Below are positions 10,924-19,095 of a DNA stretch of 56,801 nt, piece after piece (position 1 is the stretch's first letter; each line of letters opens with the position of its first letter). The stretch is from the NCBI GenBank assembly GCA_949065595.1, contig CARSXK010000004.1, positions 1 to 56,801 on the forward strand. The letters run 5' to 3'. Origin of the DNA: an uncultured Bacilli bacterium. Lineage in GTDB: Bacteria; Bacillota_I; Bacilli_A; RF39; UBA660. The position numbers and the translations under genes are program-made. A model generated the notes under the pieces. The model saw only the letters and a program-made list of their open reading frames with translations. It was not told where the DNA came from and ran no database searches.

Positions 10924-12158
10924 GAATTGGAATATTTACGGATACCTATCCACCATTTATCAATGGGGTTTCTACAAGTATTTTGATGTTGGAACGAGCA
11001 CTAAAGAAAAAGGGACATCAAGTGTTTATAGTAACTGTAAATCCCGAAAATATGTCTTATAAATATGAAAATTATGATCATATCATTCGAATTCCTGGGA
11101 TTCCGATTGGAATCTATGACTATCGATTAACGGGTATTTATCCTATCCGTGCGATTAATAAAATAAAAAAATGGAATTTGGATGTCATTCATTCTCATAC
11201 TGAATTTGGAATTGGAACATTCGCACGTATCATTGCTAGGCAACTGGATGTGCCACTGGTTCATACCTATCATACGATGTATGAAGATTATGTTCATTAT
11301 ATTACAAAAGGACATTTTGATAAATCCAGTAAAAAAATTGTAGAATATTTAACCAAATTTTATTGTGATAAAACAGCAAGTGAATTGATTGTTCCGAGTA
11401 AAAAAACGTATGATTTATTTAAAGAAAAATATAAATTTGAAAAAAATGTTCATATTGTTCCAACGGGTATTGATGTAGAGCGGTTTTATAAAGAGCGACT
11501 CAAACATGATGAATTGCTTACAATCAAACAAGAACTCGGTTTAAAACCAGAGAATTTTGTAATTATCTATGTAGGTCGACTTGCCAAAGAGAAGAGTGTA
11601 GAATTACTACTGGAAGCACAGGTAGATCTTGTTAAGAAGTATCCATATTGTAAGTTAGTAATCGTCGGTAGTGGTCCTGACTATGAGCATTTTATTCAAA
11701 TGAGTATGGATTTAGGAATTTCTCAATCCGTTATTTTTACCAATGCGATAGCATGGGAGGAAGTACCTAATTATTATGGCATTGCCGATGTATTTGCAAC
11801 CGCATCTAAAACAGAAACACAAGGGCTGACAGTAGTGGAGGCTATGGCTGCTTCTTTGCCTGTGGTATGTGTAGATGATGAGAGTTTTAGGGACGTTGTT
11901 GTTGATGGTTTAAATGGATATTTATTTAAAACAAAAAGACAATATCGTACTTGTATGGAGACTTTGATTCAAAATAAGGAAACACTATTTCATATGCAAA
12001 ATCAAGCTCGTATTACCGCAGATGAACATTCCTTAAAATATTATGCTGAAAAAGTCTTGGATGTATATCACAGTGCTTTGGAAGCGAAACGAAGTGAAAA
12101 ACGATTTATAGATAAAGTAAAAGATGTTGTAAAACGTGGATTTGACGATAAATCCTAG
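10920..12158 (+). CDS. family-4 glycosyltransferase (glycolipid synthase-like)
   Basis: 'MRIGIFTDTYPPFINGVS' and the 'E..GLTVVEAMA' EX7E motif. The ATGA overlap suggests translational coupling to the upstream membrane protein. Confidence 0.8.
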   Translation: MRIGIFTDTYPPFINGVSTSILMLERALKKKGHQVFIVTVNPENMSYKYENYDHIIRIPGIPIGIYDYRLTGIYPIRAINKIKKWNLDVIHSHTEFGIGTFARIIARQLDVPLVHTYHTMYEDYVHYITKGHFDKSSKKIVEYLTKFYCDKTASELIVPSKKTYDLFKEKYKFEKNVHIVPTGIDVERFYKERLKHDELLTIKQELGLKPENFVIIYVGRLAKEKSVELLLEAQVDLVKKYPYCKLVIVGSGPDYEHFIQMSMDLGISQSVIFTNAIAWEEVPNYYGIADVFATASKTETQGLTVVEAMAASLPVVCVDDESFRDVVVDGLNGYLFKTKRQYRTCMETLIQNKETLFHMQNQARITADEHSLKYYAEKVLDVYHSALEAKRSEKRFIDKVKDVVKRGFDDKS

Positions 12159-12170
12159 CGTTAAGTTGTG

Positions 12171-12205
12171 AGAAGTTGTTTGATATTCAACTTCTTTCTT
12201 TTTTC
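12171..12205 (+). terminator. intrinsic terminator
   Basis: AGAAGTTG/CAACTTCT 8-bp stem followed by a T-rich tail. Confidence 0.7.
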
Positions 12206-12209
12206 GACA
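12203..12209 (-). promoter_or_regulatory. perfect Spo0A box (TGTCGAA on minus strand)
   Basis: TTCGACA lies 90 nt upstream of the spo0A start codon. Confidence 0.4.
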
Positions 12210-12298
12210 AAACTAGCTAATTTTTTCTCTAGTAAAGTAAGTGTATAGTGTAGTATAATAAATCAAGATAGCAGTACGATTTAGAAAGGAAGACAGAA

Positions 12299-13069
12299 AT
12301 GAAACATACCAGAGTACTTATGATAGACGACAATGTAAATTTAGTCGAAATGGTCAAGGAGTATTTTAGTAGTAGTGAACAGATTAGTATTGATTTAGTG
12401 GCTTATGATGGGCAGGAAGGGATACAAATTATTGAGGAAAAAAAGGATGAGTACGATTTAATTTTATTGGATTTGATTATGCCTAAAAAAGATGGAATGT
12501 ATGTATTGGAGGAAATGAAAGCACGCGATATTGATAAAAAAGTCATTGTGGTAACAAGCTATAATACCAGTGATATCATTCGTGAAGTTTCTGAATATGG
12601 AGTTAATTATTTTTTACTCAAACCATTTGAACTTTCTGATTTACAAAAACGAATTGTAGAAGCAACCAAAGGCAATAACGTACAAAATAAGAATATTGAT
12701 TTTTATCATAACAATCTCCAGATTTCTATTACGAAAATTTTGCACGAATTGGGGATTCCTTCTCATATTAAAGGATATCAATATATTCGGGAGGGAATTG
12801 GAATTATCTATGAAAGACCAGAAACGATTGGTGGAATTACCAAAGAATTGTACCCAGAGCTTGCTTCTAAATTTGATACAACTGTATCTCGTGTAGAACG
12901 TGCGATTCGTCATGCGATTGAAGTCAGTTGGAATCGTGGTAATTGGGATTTGATGGAAGAAATTTTTGGGCATAGCGTCGATATTGATAAGGCAAAACCA
13001 ACCAATTCAGAATTTATTGTGACAATTGCAGATAAATTAAAATTAGAAGGAAATAAAATAGGGGCATAG
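12299..13069 (+). CDS. spo0A: sporulation master regulator Spo0A
   Basis: Receiver domain ('VLMIDDN', 'LLDLIMP') plus the Spo0A-specific C-terminus '[15 protein letters not shown]'. Confidence 0.95.
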   Translation: MKHTRVLMIDDNVNLVEMVKEYFSSSEQISIDLVAYDGQEGIQIIEEKKDEYDLILLDLIMPKKDGMYVLEEMKARDIDKKVIVVTSYNTSDIIREVSEYGVNYFLLKPFELSDLQKRIVEATKGNNVQNKNIDFYHNNLQISITKILHELGIPSHIKGYQYIREGIGIIYERPETIGGITKELYPELASKFDTTVSRVERAIRHAIEVSWNRGNWDLMEEIFGHSVDIDKAKPTNSEFIVTIADKLKLEGNKIGA

Positions 13070-13175
13070 CAATATGTCTTTTTTGATGGATTTGATATGT
13101 AAAATTTACTGTAATATTTGGAAAATGACATTCTTTTATGTCAAAAATTATTAATTTTAGGTATAATAAGAAATA

Positions 13176-16028
13176 ATGGAGATGATTGTTTTGAAACCAG
13201 TTCTACTTTGTATATTAGATGGTGTTGGGATGCGCAAAGAGATTTATGGAAACGCCTTCTTACAAGCCAAAACACCTAATTTTGATGATTTATGGAAGAA
13301 ATATCCACATAGTTATTTGGAAGCAAGTGGTTCTTCTGTAGGCCTTCCAGAAGGACAAATGGGCAACAGTGAAGTGGGGCACTTAAATATTGGAGCTGGT
13401 AGAATTGTATATCAACCATTACAATTAATTACACAAAAAATAAAAGACAAAAGCTTTTTTGAAAATGAGCATCTATTAGATGTGATACATTATGCAAAAA
13501 AAAATAAGACTCGTTTACAGATTTTTGGATTATTAAGTGATGGGGGAATTCATTCTCATATTAATCATTTGATGGCTATTATCGACTTGTGCCAAAAAGA
13601 AGATATGCATGATGTTTACTTTCATGTATTTACGGATGGAAGAGATACGTTAAGCAATGTGGCTCTTTCTTATTTGGATCAATTGCAACAAAAAATAGAA
13701 GAAACCGGAATTGGTAAAATTGCAACCATCACTGGTAGATACTATGCGATGGATCGTGACAATCGATATGACCGTATCAAGAGGGCATACGATGCTTGTG
13801 TAAAAGGAAAGGGGAAAAAGTTTAGCACTTATCAGGATGTAATTGAACATCATTATGAAAAGGGTATTACTGATGAATTCATAGAACCTTCCGTATTAGA
13901 TATCAATGGATGTGTCAAAAAAGGAGATGGCTTACTGGTATTTAATTATAGACCTGATCGTTTGCGTGAACTTTTTTCGGCTTTCACAAACCCTAAATTC
14001 AATGGGTTTAAGCGAAAGAAAATACCAAATTTAAAATTGGTAACTATGATGCCTGTTAGTAATGAAGTAATCTATGAAGCTGCATTTACCAATGAAAAAA
14101 TGGATAACACATTGGGAGAATATGTCAGTAAACAAGGGTTAAAACAATTACGTATTGCTGAAACAGAAAAGTATGCCCATGTTACTTATTTTTTGGATGG
14201 TGGTGAAGAAAAGTCGTTAACAGAATGTGATCGTATTTTAATTCCCTCCCCTAAAGTTGCTACTTATGATCTGGCACCCGCTATGAGTGCAAACGAAATT
14301 ACCGATACCTTACTTCAAAAATTGGATGAAAATCTTTATGATTTGGTGATTCTCAATTTTGCAAACGGAGATATGTTAGGACATACTGGAAACATGGAAG
14401 CTGCCATTCAGAGTTTGGAAATAATGGATATTTGTTTGGGGAAACTATATCAAAAAATCAAGGAAAAGAACGGCCTAATGATTGTGACAGCTGATCATGG
14501 TAACTGTGAATTTATGTTAGATGAAAACCAAAACAAAATTACTTCTCATACAACTAGTTTGGTCCCTTTTATTGTCACCAAAACTGATATCGCCTTACAA
14601 GATGGAAAACTTTCTGATATCGCACCGACGGTACTGTCTTTGCTCAAACTGGATATACCTGTTGAAATGACTGGCAAAAGTTTATTAAGAAATTTCAAAA
14701 AAAGATTTGGGTTTCGTTTTTGGTTTATTTTATTATCTTGTTTGTTTTTGATGGGGATTATTTTGAATTATGGATATCGTTTTTTCCATTTTTATCATTT
14801 GGCACATCAGGAAAGGGATGCACAAAAAAGTACATTACATGATATGATTTTGCGCAATTCTCCTTTGGTGGCTAGTGGAGATGGACTTTATTTTGATCAA
14901 AATCGGTATGTATTTAAAGGTATGGTTAACAATAATTATGTGTACTATTCCAATCGTTATTTTCGTATTGTACGTGTCAATCAGGATGGCTCTATTGTTT
15001 TGATTGCAGATGACATTGTAACGTCATTGGTATGGAATTACAAAGATACTGATTATACCAATTCTTATATTCGTAGTTGGTTAAATGCGAGTGACAAAGA
15101 TTATACAGGTATTTTTTATCATAGTCTTGAACATCCAGATAATTATATTATGGAAACTTCTTATTGTGTGGATGTGGTCGATGGAGAAAATCTGACTTGT
15201 AAGCAAACAGTAACAGATCAAGTAGGATTGCTCAGTATTGCGGAATATAAAGAGGCTATGGGACATTTGAGTTACCTAAATATCGGTAAATACTGGTGGA
15301 CAAGCAATTCCTCAATGGATGGGCAAGTATGGTATGTATTTAGCGAGGGTGGTATTCATTCTAAATCAAATATGCATGATATTTATTATGCGTATGGTGT
15401 ACGTCCTGTCATTACATTAAAGCCAGATGTTCATTTTGTAAGTGGAAATGGAAGTAAGGAAAATCCATACCTTATTACTCCACCAAGTCAGCAGCTTAAT
15501 ATTGGAAGTTATGTTACATGGAATGATAATATATGGCAGGTACTGGATATAACTGAAGAAGATATTCGTCTAATGAAACATGAAGTATTAACCATTGATT
15601 CCAAGATGGTATCTCGTATATTTTCCAATCGTTCTAACCAGTATAATCCAAATGATTTGGGATCCTTGGCGTATTATTTAAACCATAATTATTTGCAGTC
15701 GTTATCCAATTCTAATTTAATAGTAGATGCTTTATGGTATAATGGAACTTATGGGGATTCTTATGATTATCAAAATATATATGGAAGTACAGTACAGGCA
15801 AAAGTAGGGATGGTAACTGTTGGAAATTTATATGGTAGTACCGACCAATCCTTTGTTACTATGACTGGAATGCATGATGATTTACTTTATTTTGTTTCCA
15901 ATCAAGGAATGCTATCTACTGCGGATATTGAAACTGAATTTGCCGTAAAGCCTGTTGTTGCTATTTCCAAATCAGTAAAAATTTTAGGCGGCAATGGTAT
16001 GAAACAGGATCCATTTGTGATAGGATAG
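13176..16028 (+). CDS. gpmI: 2,3-bisphosphoglycerate-independent phosphoglycerate mutase fused in frame to a TM helix and a ~420-aa extracellular domain
   Basis: Residues 1-505 are canonical iPGM ('GNSEVGHLNIGAGR', 'TADHGN', ending 'EMTGKSLL'). There is no stop codon. The ORF continues 'RNFKKRFGFRFWFILLSCLFLMGIIL' and then a region with a 'YWWTSNS...YGVRPVITLK' type repeat. Confidence 0.85.
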   Translation: MEMIVLKPVLLCILDGVGMRKEIYGNAFLQAKTPNFDDLWKKYPHSYLEASGSSVGLPEGQMGNSEVGHLNIGAGRIVYQPLQLITQKIKDKSFFENEHLLDVIHYAKKNKTRLQIFGLLSDGGIHSHINHLMAIIDLCQKEDMHDVYFHVFTDGRDTLSNVALSYLDQLQQKIEETGIGKIATITGRYYAMDRDNRYDRIKRAYDACVKGKGKKFSTYQDVIEHHYEKGITDEFIEPSVLDINGCVKKGDGLLVFNYRPDRLRELFSAFTNPKFNGFKRKKIPNLKLVTMMPVSNEVIYEAAFTNEKMDNTLGEYVSKQGLKQLRIAETEKYAHVTYFLDGGEEKSLTECDRILIPSPKVATYDLAPAMSANEITDTLLQKLDENLYDLVILNFANGDMLGHTGNMEAAIQSLEIMDICLGKLYQKIKEKNGLMIVTADHGNCEFMLDENQNKITSHTTSLVPFIVTKTDIALQDGKLSDIAPTVLSLLKLDIPVEMTGKSLLRNFKKRFGFRFWFILLSCLFLMGIILNYGYRFFHFYHLAHQERDAQKSTLHDMILRNSPLVASGDGLYFDQNRYVFKGMVNNNYVYYSNRYFRIVRVNQDGSIVLIADDIVTSLVWNYKDTDYTNSYIRSWLNASDKDYTGIFYHSLEHPDNYIMETSYCVDVVDGENLTCKQTVTDQVGLLSIAEYKEAMGHLSYLNIGKYWWTSNSSMDGQVWYVFSEGGIHSKSNMHDIYYAYGVRPVITLKPDVHFVSGNGSKENPYLITPPSQQLNIGSYVTWNDNIWQVLDITEEDIRLMKHEVLTIDSKMVSRIFSNRSNQYNPNDLGSLAYYLNHNYLQSLSNSNLIVDALWYNGTYGDSYDYQNIYGSTVQAKVGMVTVGNLYGSTDQSFVTMTGMHDDLLYFVSNQGMLSTADIETEFAVKPVVAISKSVKILGGNGMKQDPFVIG

Positions 16029-16035
16029 GTGTTGT

Positions 16036-17046
16036 ATGAAAAAAAAGAAAGTGATTATTTTATTTGGTTTTTTGGACTTTATGGCTATTGTATTTCTATT
16101 TTTTACATATGGGCCAATCTCTTATTTCCGTGATTTATGGATTACAACGTCAATGACAACTATGAATCATAAATATTTGGCGCGTGTTCTTTATAGTGAA
16201 AAAACGATATATCAGGTGTTGAGTGAGAATTATTTAAAAGAGGTAGAAGAAAATACGGATACCAGCCAAATTGATTTTAGTGGAATAGTAGAGCAAGAAC
16301 ATTATGAATCTATTTATGAAGAACAGGTTTTAAAAAAAGAAGAGGACAATGATCTTTATAAAGTTGTGCCACTTTCTGGGAGTGGATATAAAGGACATAT
16401 GGTGGTAATTTATGATCCGAGTAAAGTACAACTCGCTCTTGCAGAACATTTGGGAACCAATGGTGAGGTATTGACTAGAATGTCTAGGCGTTTATCATTT
16501 CAGGTTGGAATCAATGCGGGTGGTTTTGCGGATGCAGGCGGAGTTGGAAGTGGGGGTATTCCCACTGGAACGGTCATTCACAATGGTCAAATTATATACC
16601 GAGGACCCGAAACTGGTTGGACAGGTGGGTTGATTGGTTTTACTAGTGACCATGTATTGATGTTAACAAAAGAGAGTCCCGAGGTTGCGATCGCAAATGG
16701 GATGCGTGATGCTGTTGAATTTGGTCCTTTCTTAATTGTCAATGGAAAACGTGCGATTGCACGTGGAAATGGTGGATGGGGCGTTTCTTCTAGAACTGTT
16801 ATTGCTCAACGTCAAGATGGCATTGTATTATTTATTGTAATCGATGGGAGACAACCTGGACACAGTATTGGAATTAATATGGTTGATTTAACCAATTTAT
16901 TGGTACGTTATAAAGCTTATAATGCTGCTAATTTAGATGGTGGTGCTTCAACTGATTTGGTCATCAATCAACAATTAATCAATAAGCCATGTGGAATTGG
17001 CGGAAATGGAGAAAGAAGATTACCAAATGCATGGATTGTAAAATAG
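16036..17046 (+). CDS. phosphodiester glycosidase (NAGPA/DUF2233) family protein, membrane anchored
   Basis: N-terminal TM helix and 'AANLDGGASTDLV' near the C-terminus. Confidence 0.6.
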   Translation: MKKKKVIILFGFLDFMAIVFLFFTYGPISYFRDLWITTSMTTMNHKYLARVLYSEKTIYQVLSENYLKEVEENTDTSQIDFSGIVEQEHYESIYEEQVLKKEEDNDLYKVVPLSGSGYKGHMVVIYDPSKVQLALAEHLGTNGEVLTRMSRRLSFQVGINAGGFADAGGVGSGGIPTGTVIHNGQIIYRGPETGWTGGLIGFTSDHVLMLTKESPEVAIANGMRDAVEFGPFLIVNGKRAIARGNGGWGVSSRTVIAQRQDGIVLFIVIDGRQPGHSIGINMVDLTNLLVRYKAYNAANLDGGASTDLVINQQLINKPCGIGGNGERRLPNAWIVK

Positions 17047-17114
17047 ACGAGTTCTATTTTTTTGATACTGTTTTCTTCTCTTTTTGCATATGATGGATTG
17101 GGGAGGTAAGTTGT

Positions 17115-18188
17115 GTGTATCGAGGAAAGTATCAAAAATTATTAATTGTAGTTTCCATTTTTTTAGTTGGAATTCTTTTGTTCTTTGTTTTGAAACCACG
17201 ACAAAAAAAGCAGGATGAATACACTTGTTATCCACAAATTATTTTAAAAGGTAATAAGATTGTTTCCGTTTTTGTTGGGGAGGAGTATCAAGAATCTGGG
17301 TATGAATTAAAAGATAGTTGTGGTGAAAATTTAGAGAGTAGAATTGAAATTCAAAGTGATTTGAATAGTAATAGACCAGGTACTTATCAAATTGTTTATA
17401 AGGTTAGTAATCAATATGGTAATTTTACAGAGGAAAAACGATATGTAACAGTAAAGGCAAGTTCTCTTTCTTATCAGGATACTTACGATAAGATTGATAA
17501 TAAGGTACGGGGCTGGGGAATTCCCAATAAGAAGGATGGAGCACGACCCATTGAAGCAGGCAGTGTGAGAGAAAACCTGTTGCAATATAATGCGTATTTA
17601 ATTGGAAATGATGAAAAAAAACTATATTTGACATTTGATGAAGGAAGCAATGATACCTATTTGGAACAAATTGTAGATATACTGAATGCGAATGATGTGA
17701 AGGCAACTTTCTTTTTCTGTAGAAGATATATATTGGATCATCCTGAATTGATGAAAAAATTAGTGGAAACAGGGCATTCAGTTGGGAACCATACAGCTAA
17801 TCACTATCAGATGCCAAAATATGCAACAAGGGAAGGCTTTTCAAAATATATAGATGAGATTACAGCTGTAGAAGTGGCATTTGAACAGGTAACTGGCACT
17901 TCAATGGACCGTATTTACCGGGAGCCAAAAGGGGAATATAGTTATCGTAGTTTGCAGATTGTCAAGGATTTAGGGTATAAGACCTATTTTTGGAGCGTTG
18001 CCTATTTAGATTATGCGGATGATGTGAGCAAAGAAAGAGCTTTTCAAGAACTCACTTCTAGAGTACATAATGGCGCGATTTATTTGATTCATCCTAAAAA
18101 TAAAGGTAATTATGAAGCTATGGATGATTTTATTAAAGCGATGAAACAACAAGGTTATACATTTGATTTGGTAAAAAATATTGGATAA
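17115..18188 (+). CDS. PdaA-like polysaccharide (MurNAc) deacetylase with N-terminal TM helix and Ig-like domain
   Basis: 'LYLTFDEG', 'GNHTANH', 'FWSVAYLDY' and 'GAIYLIH' closely parallel B. subtilis PdaA motifs. GTG start behind GGGAGG. Confidence 0.8.
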   Translation: MYRGKYQKLLIVVSIFLVGILLFFVLKPRQKKQDEYTCYPQIILKGNKIVSVFVGEEYQESGYELKDSCGENLESRIEIQSDLNSNRPGTYQIVYKVSNQYGNFTEEKRYVTVKASSLSYQDTYDKIDNKVRGWGIPNKKDGARPIEAGSVRENLLQYNAYLIGNDEKKLYLTFDEGSNDTYLEQIVDILNANDVKATFFFCRRYILDHPELMKKLVETGHSVGNHTANHYQMPKYATREGFSKYIDEITAVEVAFEQVTGTSMDRIYREPKGEYSYRSLQIVKDLGYKTYFWSVAYLDYADDVSKERAFQELTSRVHNGAIYLIHPKNKGNYEAMDDFIKAMKQQGYTFDLVKNIG

Positions 18189-18196
18189 TTTATTAG

Positions 18197-18237
18197 AAAA
18201 ACGATTCACGGAGATAAAACATCAGAATCGTTTTTTT
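18197..18237 (+). terminator. intrinsic terminator of the pdaA-like gene
   Basis: AAAAACGATTC/GAATCGTTTTT stem followed by a T-run. Confidence 0.75.
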
Positions 18238-18749
18238 GATAAAAATTATTCTAATGTAGGGAAGGGATTAAAAAATAAGGTAGATATATTTTTTAAATTT
18301 ATTAATAACGTTATCAATAAACATAAAGGTAAATTACATAACAAATTAATGAAAGAATTTGGAATTAATTCTAATATAAATAATATGTTAATAAGTAGAA
18401 TATTTAATGTAAAATCTAGATTTAAAGATACGGGTGAATTTATAAAAGTAAAAACTTATTACTGGGAATTAATATTTTAATCATTTAATAGTTAAAGAAT
18501 TGTTTGACCAAAAAGTAAAGTATCGATTTTATTATTAATTTTGGTTTACTATGTAAGAAAATTATATCTATGGGACTGCATTTATTAATGTGGTTTTTTC
18601 TTTATAAGTGTCTTACTAGTGAGAAATAATTAGTATTTGTTAAATAATTTTACGCAAATAGTCAAATTTTCTTGAATTTCATGTTATACTTAAATTAGAA
18701 AGGTGCTAATCTGAAAGAAAAATATATTTATTACGAAAAGGCGAGAGGA

Positions 18750-19076
18750 ATGAGTATTAATATGGAAGAATTAACTAAAAAGATAAGAAAATTTGCAGAG
18801 GAAAGAGATTGGTTACAATTTAACACCCCAGAAAATCTTGCTAAATCAATTGCGATAGAGGCTGGAGAATTATTAGAGTGTTTTCAGTGGAATAGCAATT
18901 ATGATAAGGATGAATTAAAATATGAAATAGCGGATGTAATGAATTATTGTATATTATTGTGTTCACAAATAGGAGTGAATCCGAAAGAAATAATTCTTGA
19001 AAAAATGGATATATCTGCTAAAAAATATCCAGTTGATAAGGCAAAAGGAGTTAGTACAAAATATACTAAATTATAG
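18750..19076 (+). CDS. MazG-like / DCTPP1-like nucleotide pyrophosphohydrolase
   Basis: 'FAEERDWLQFNTPENLAKSIAIEAGELLECFQW...EIADVMNYCILL' is the typical short all-alpha NTP-PPase pattern. Confidence 0.7.
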   Translation: MSINMEELTKKIRKFAEERDWLQFNTPENLAKSIAIEAGELLECFQWNSNYDKDELKYEIADVMNYCILLCSQIGVNPKEIILEKMDISAKKYPVDKAKGVSTKYTKL

Positions 19077-19095
19077 TTTTAAGGAGATATATACT

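Noticed and set aside
12641-13131. ORFs antisense to or out of frame with spo0A (12641..12973 minus, 12696..12896 plus, 12910..13131 minus).
   Set aside because: They overlap a strongly supported conserved CDS. The same applies to the other short shadow ORFs inside mutY, gap, gpmI, lysS, ackA, ponA, rnj, xfp, the recombinase (for example 29740..30006) and the other conserved genes.
14667-14703. The possibility that gpmI and the downstream domain are simply two genes separated by a stop I overlooked.
   Set aside because: Reading the codons through 14640..14800 shows no in-frame stop, and the ORF track gives one 950-aa product. I therefore kept it as a fusion and flagged the A7 tract as a caveat.
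18181-18480. 99-aa ORF starting at a TTG that overlaps the stop of the pdaA-like gene.
   Set aside because: It has no SD, and the strong intrinsic terminator of the upstream gene (18197..18237) lies inside its first 20 codons. The composition is extremely AT-rich. At best the C-terminal part (MKEFGINSNINNMLISRIF..) is a relic of a small HTH gene.
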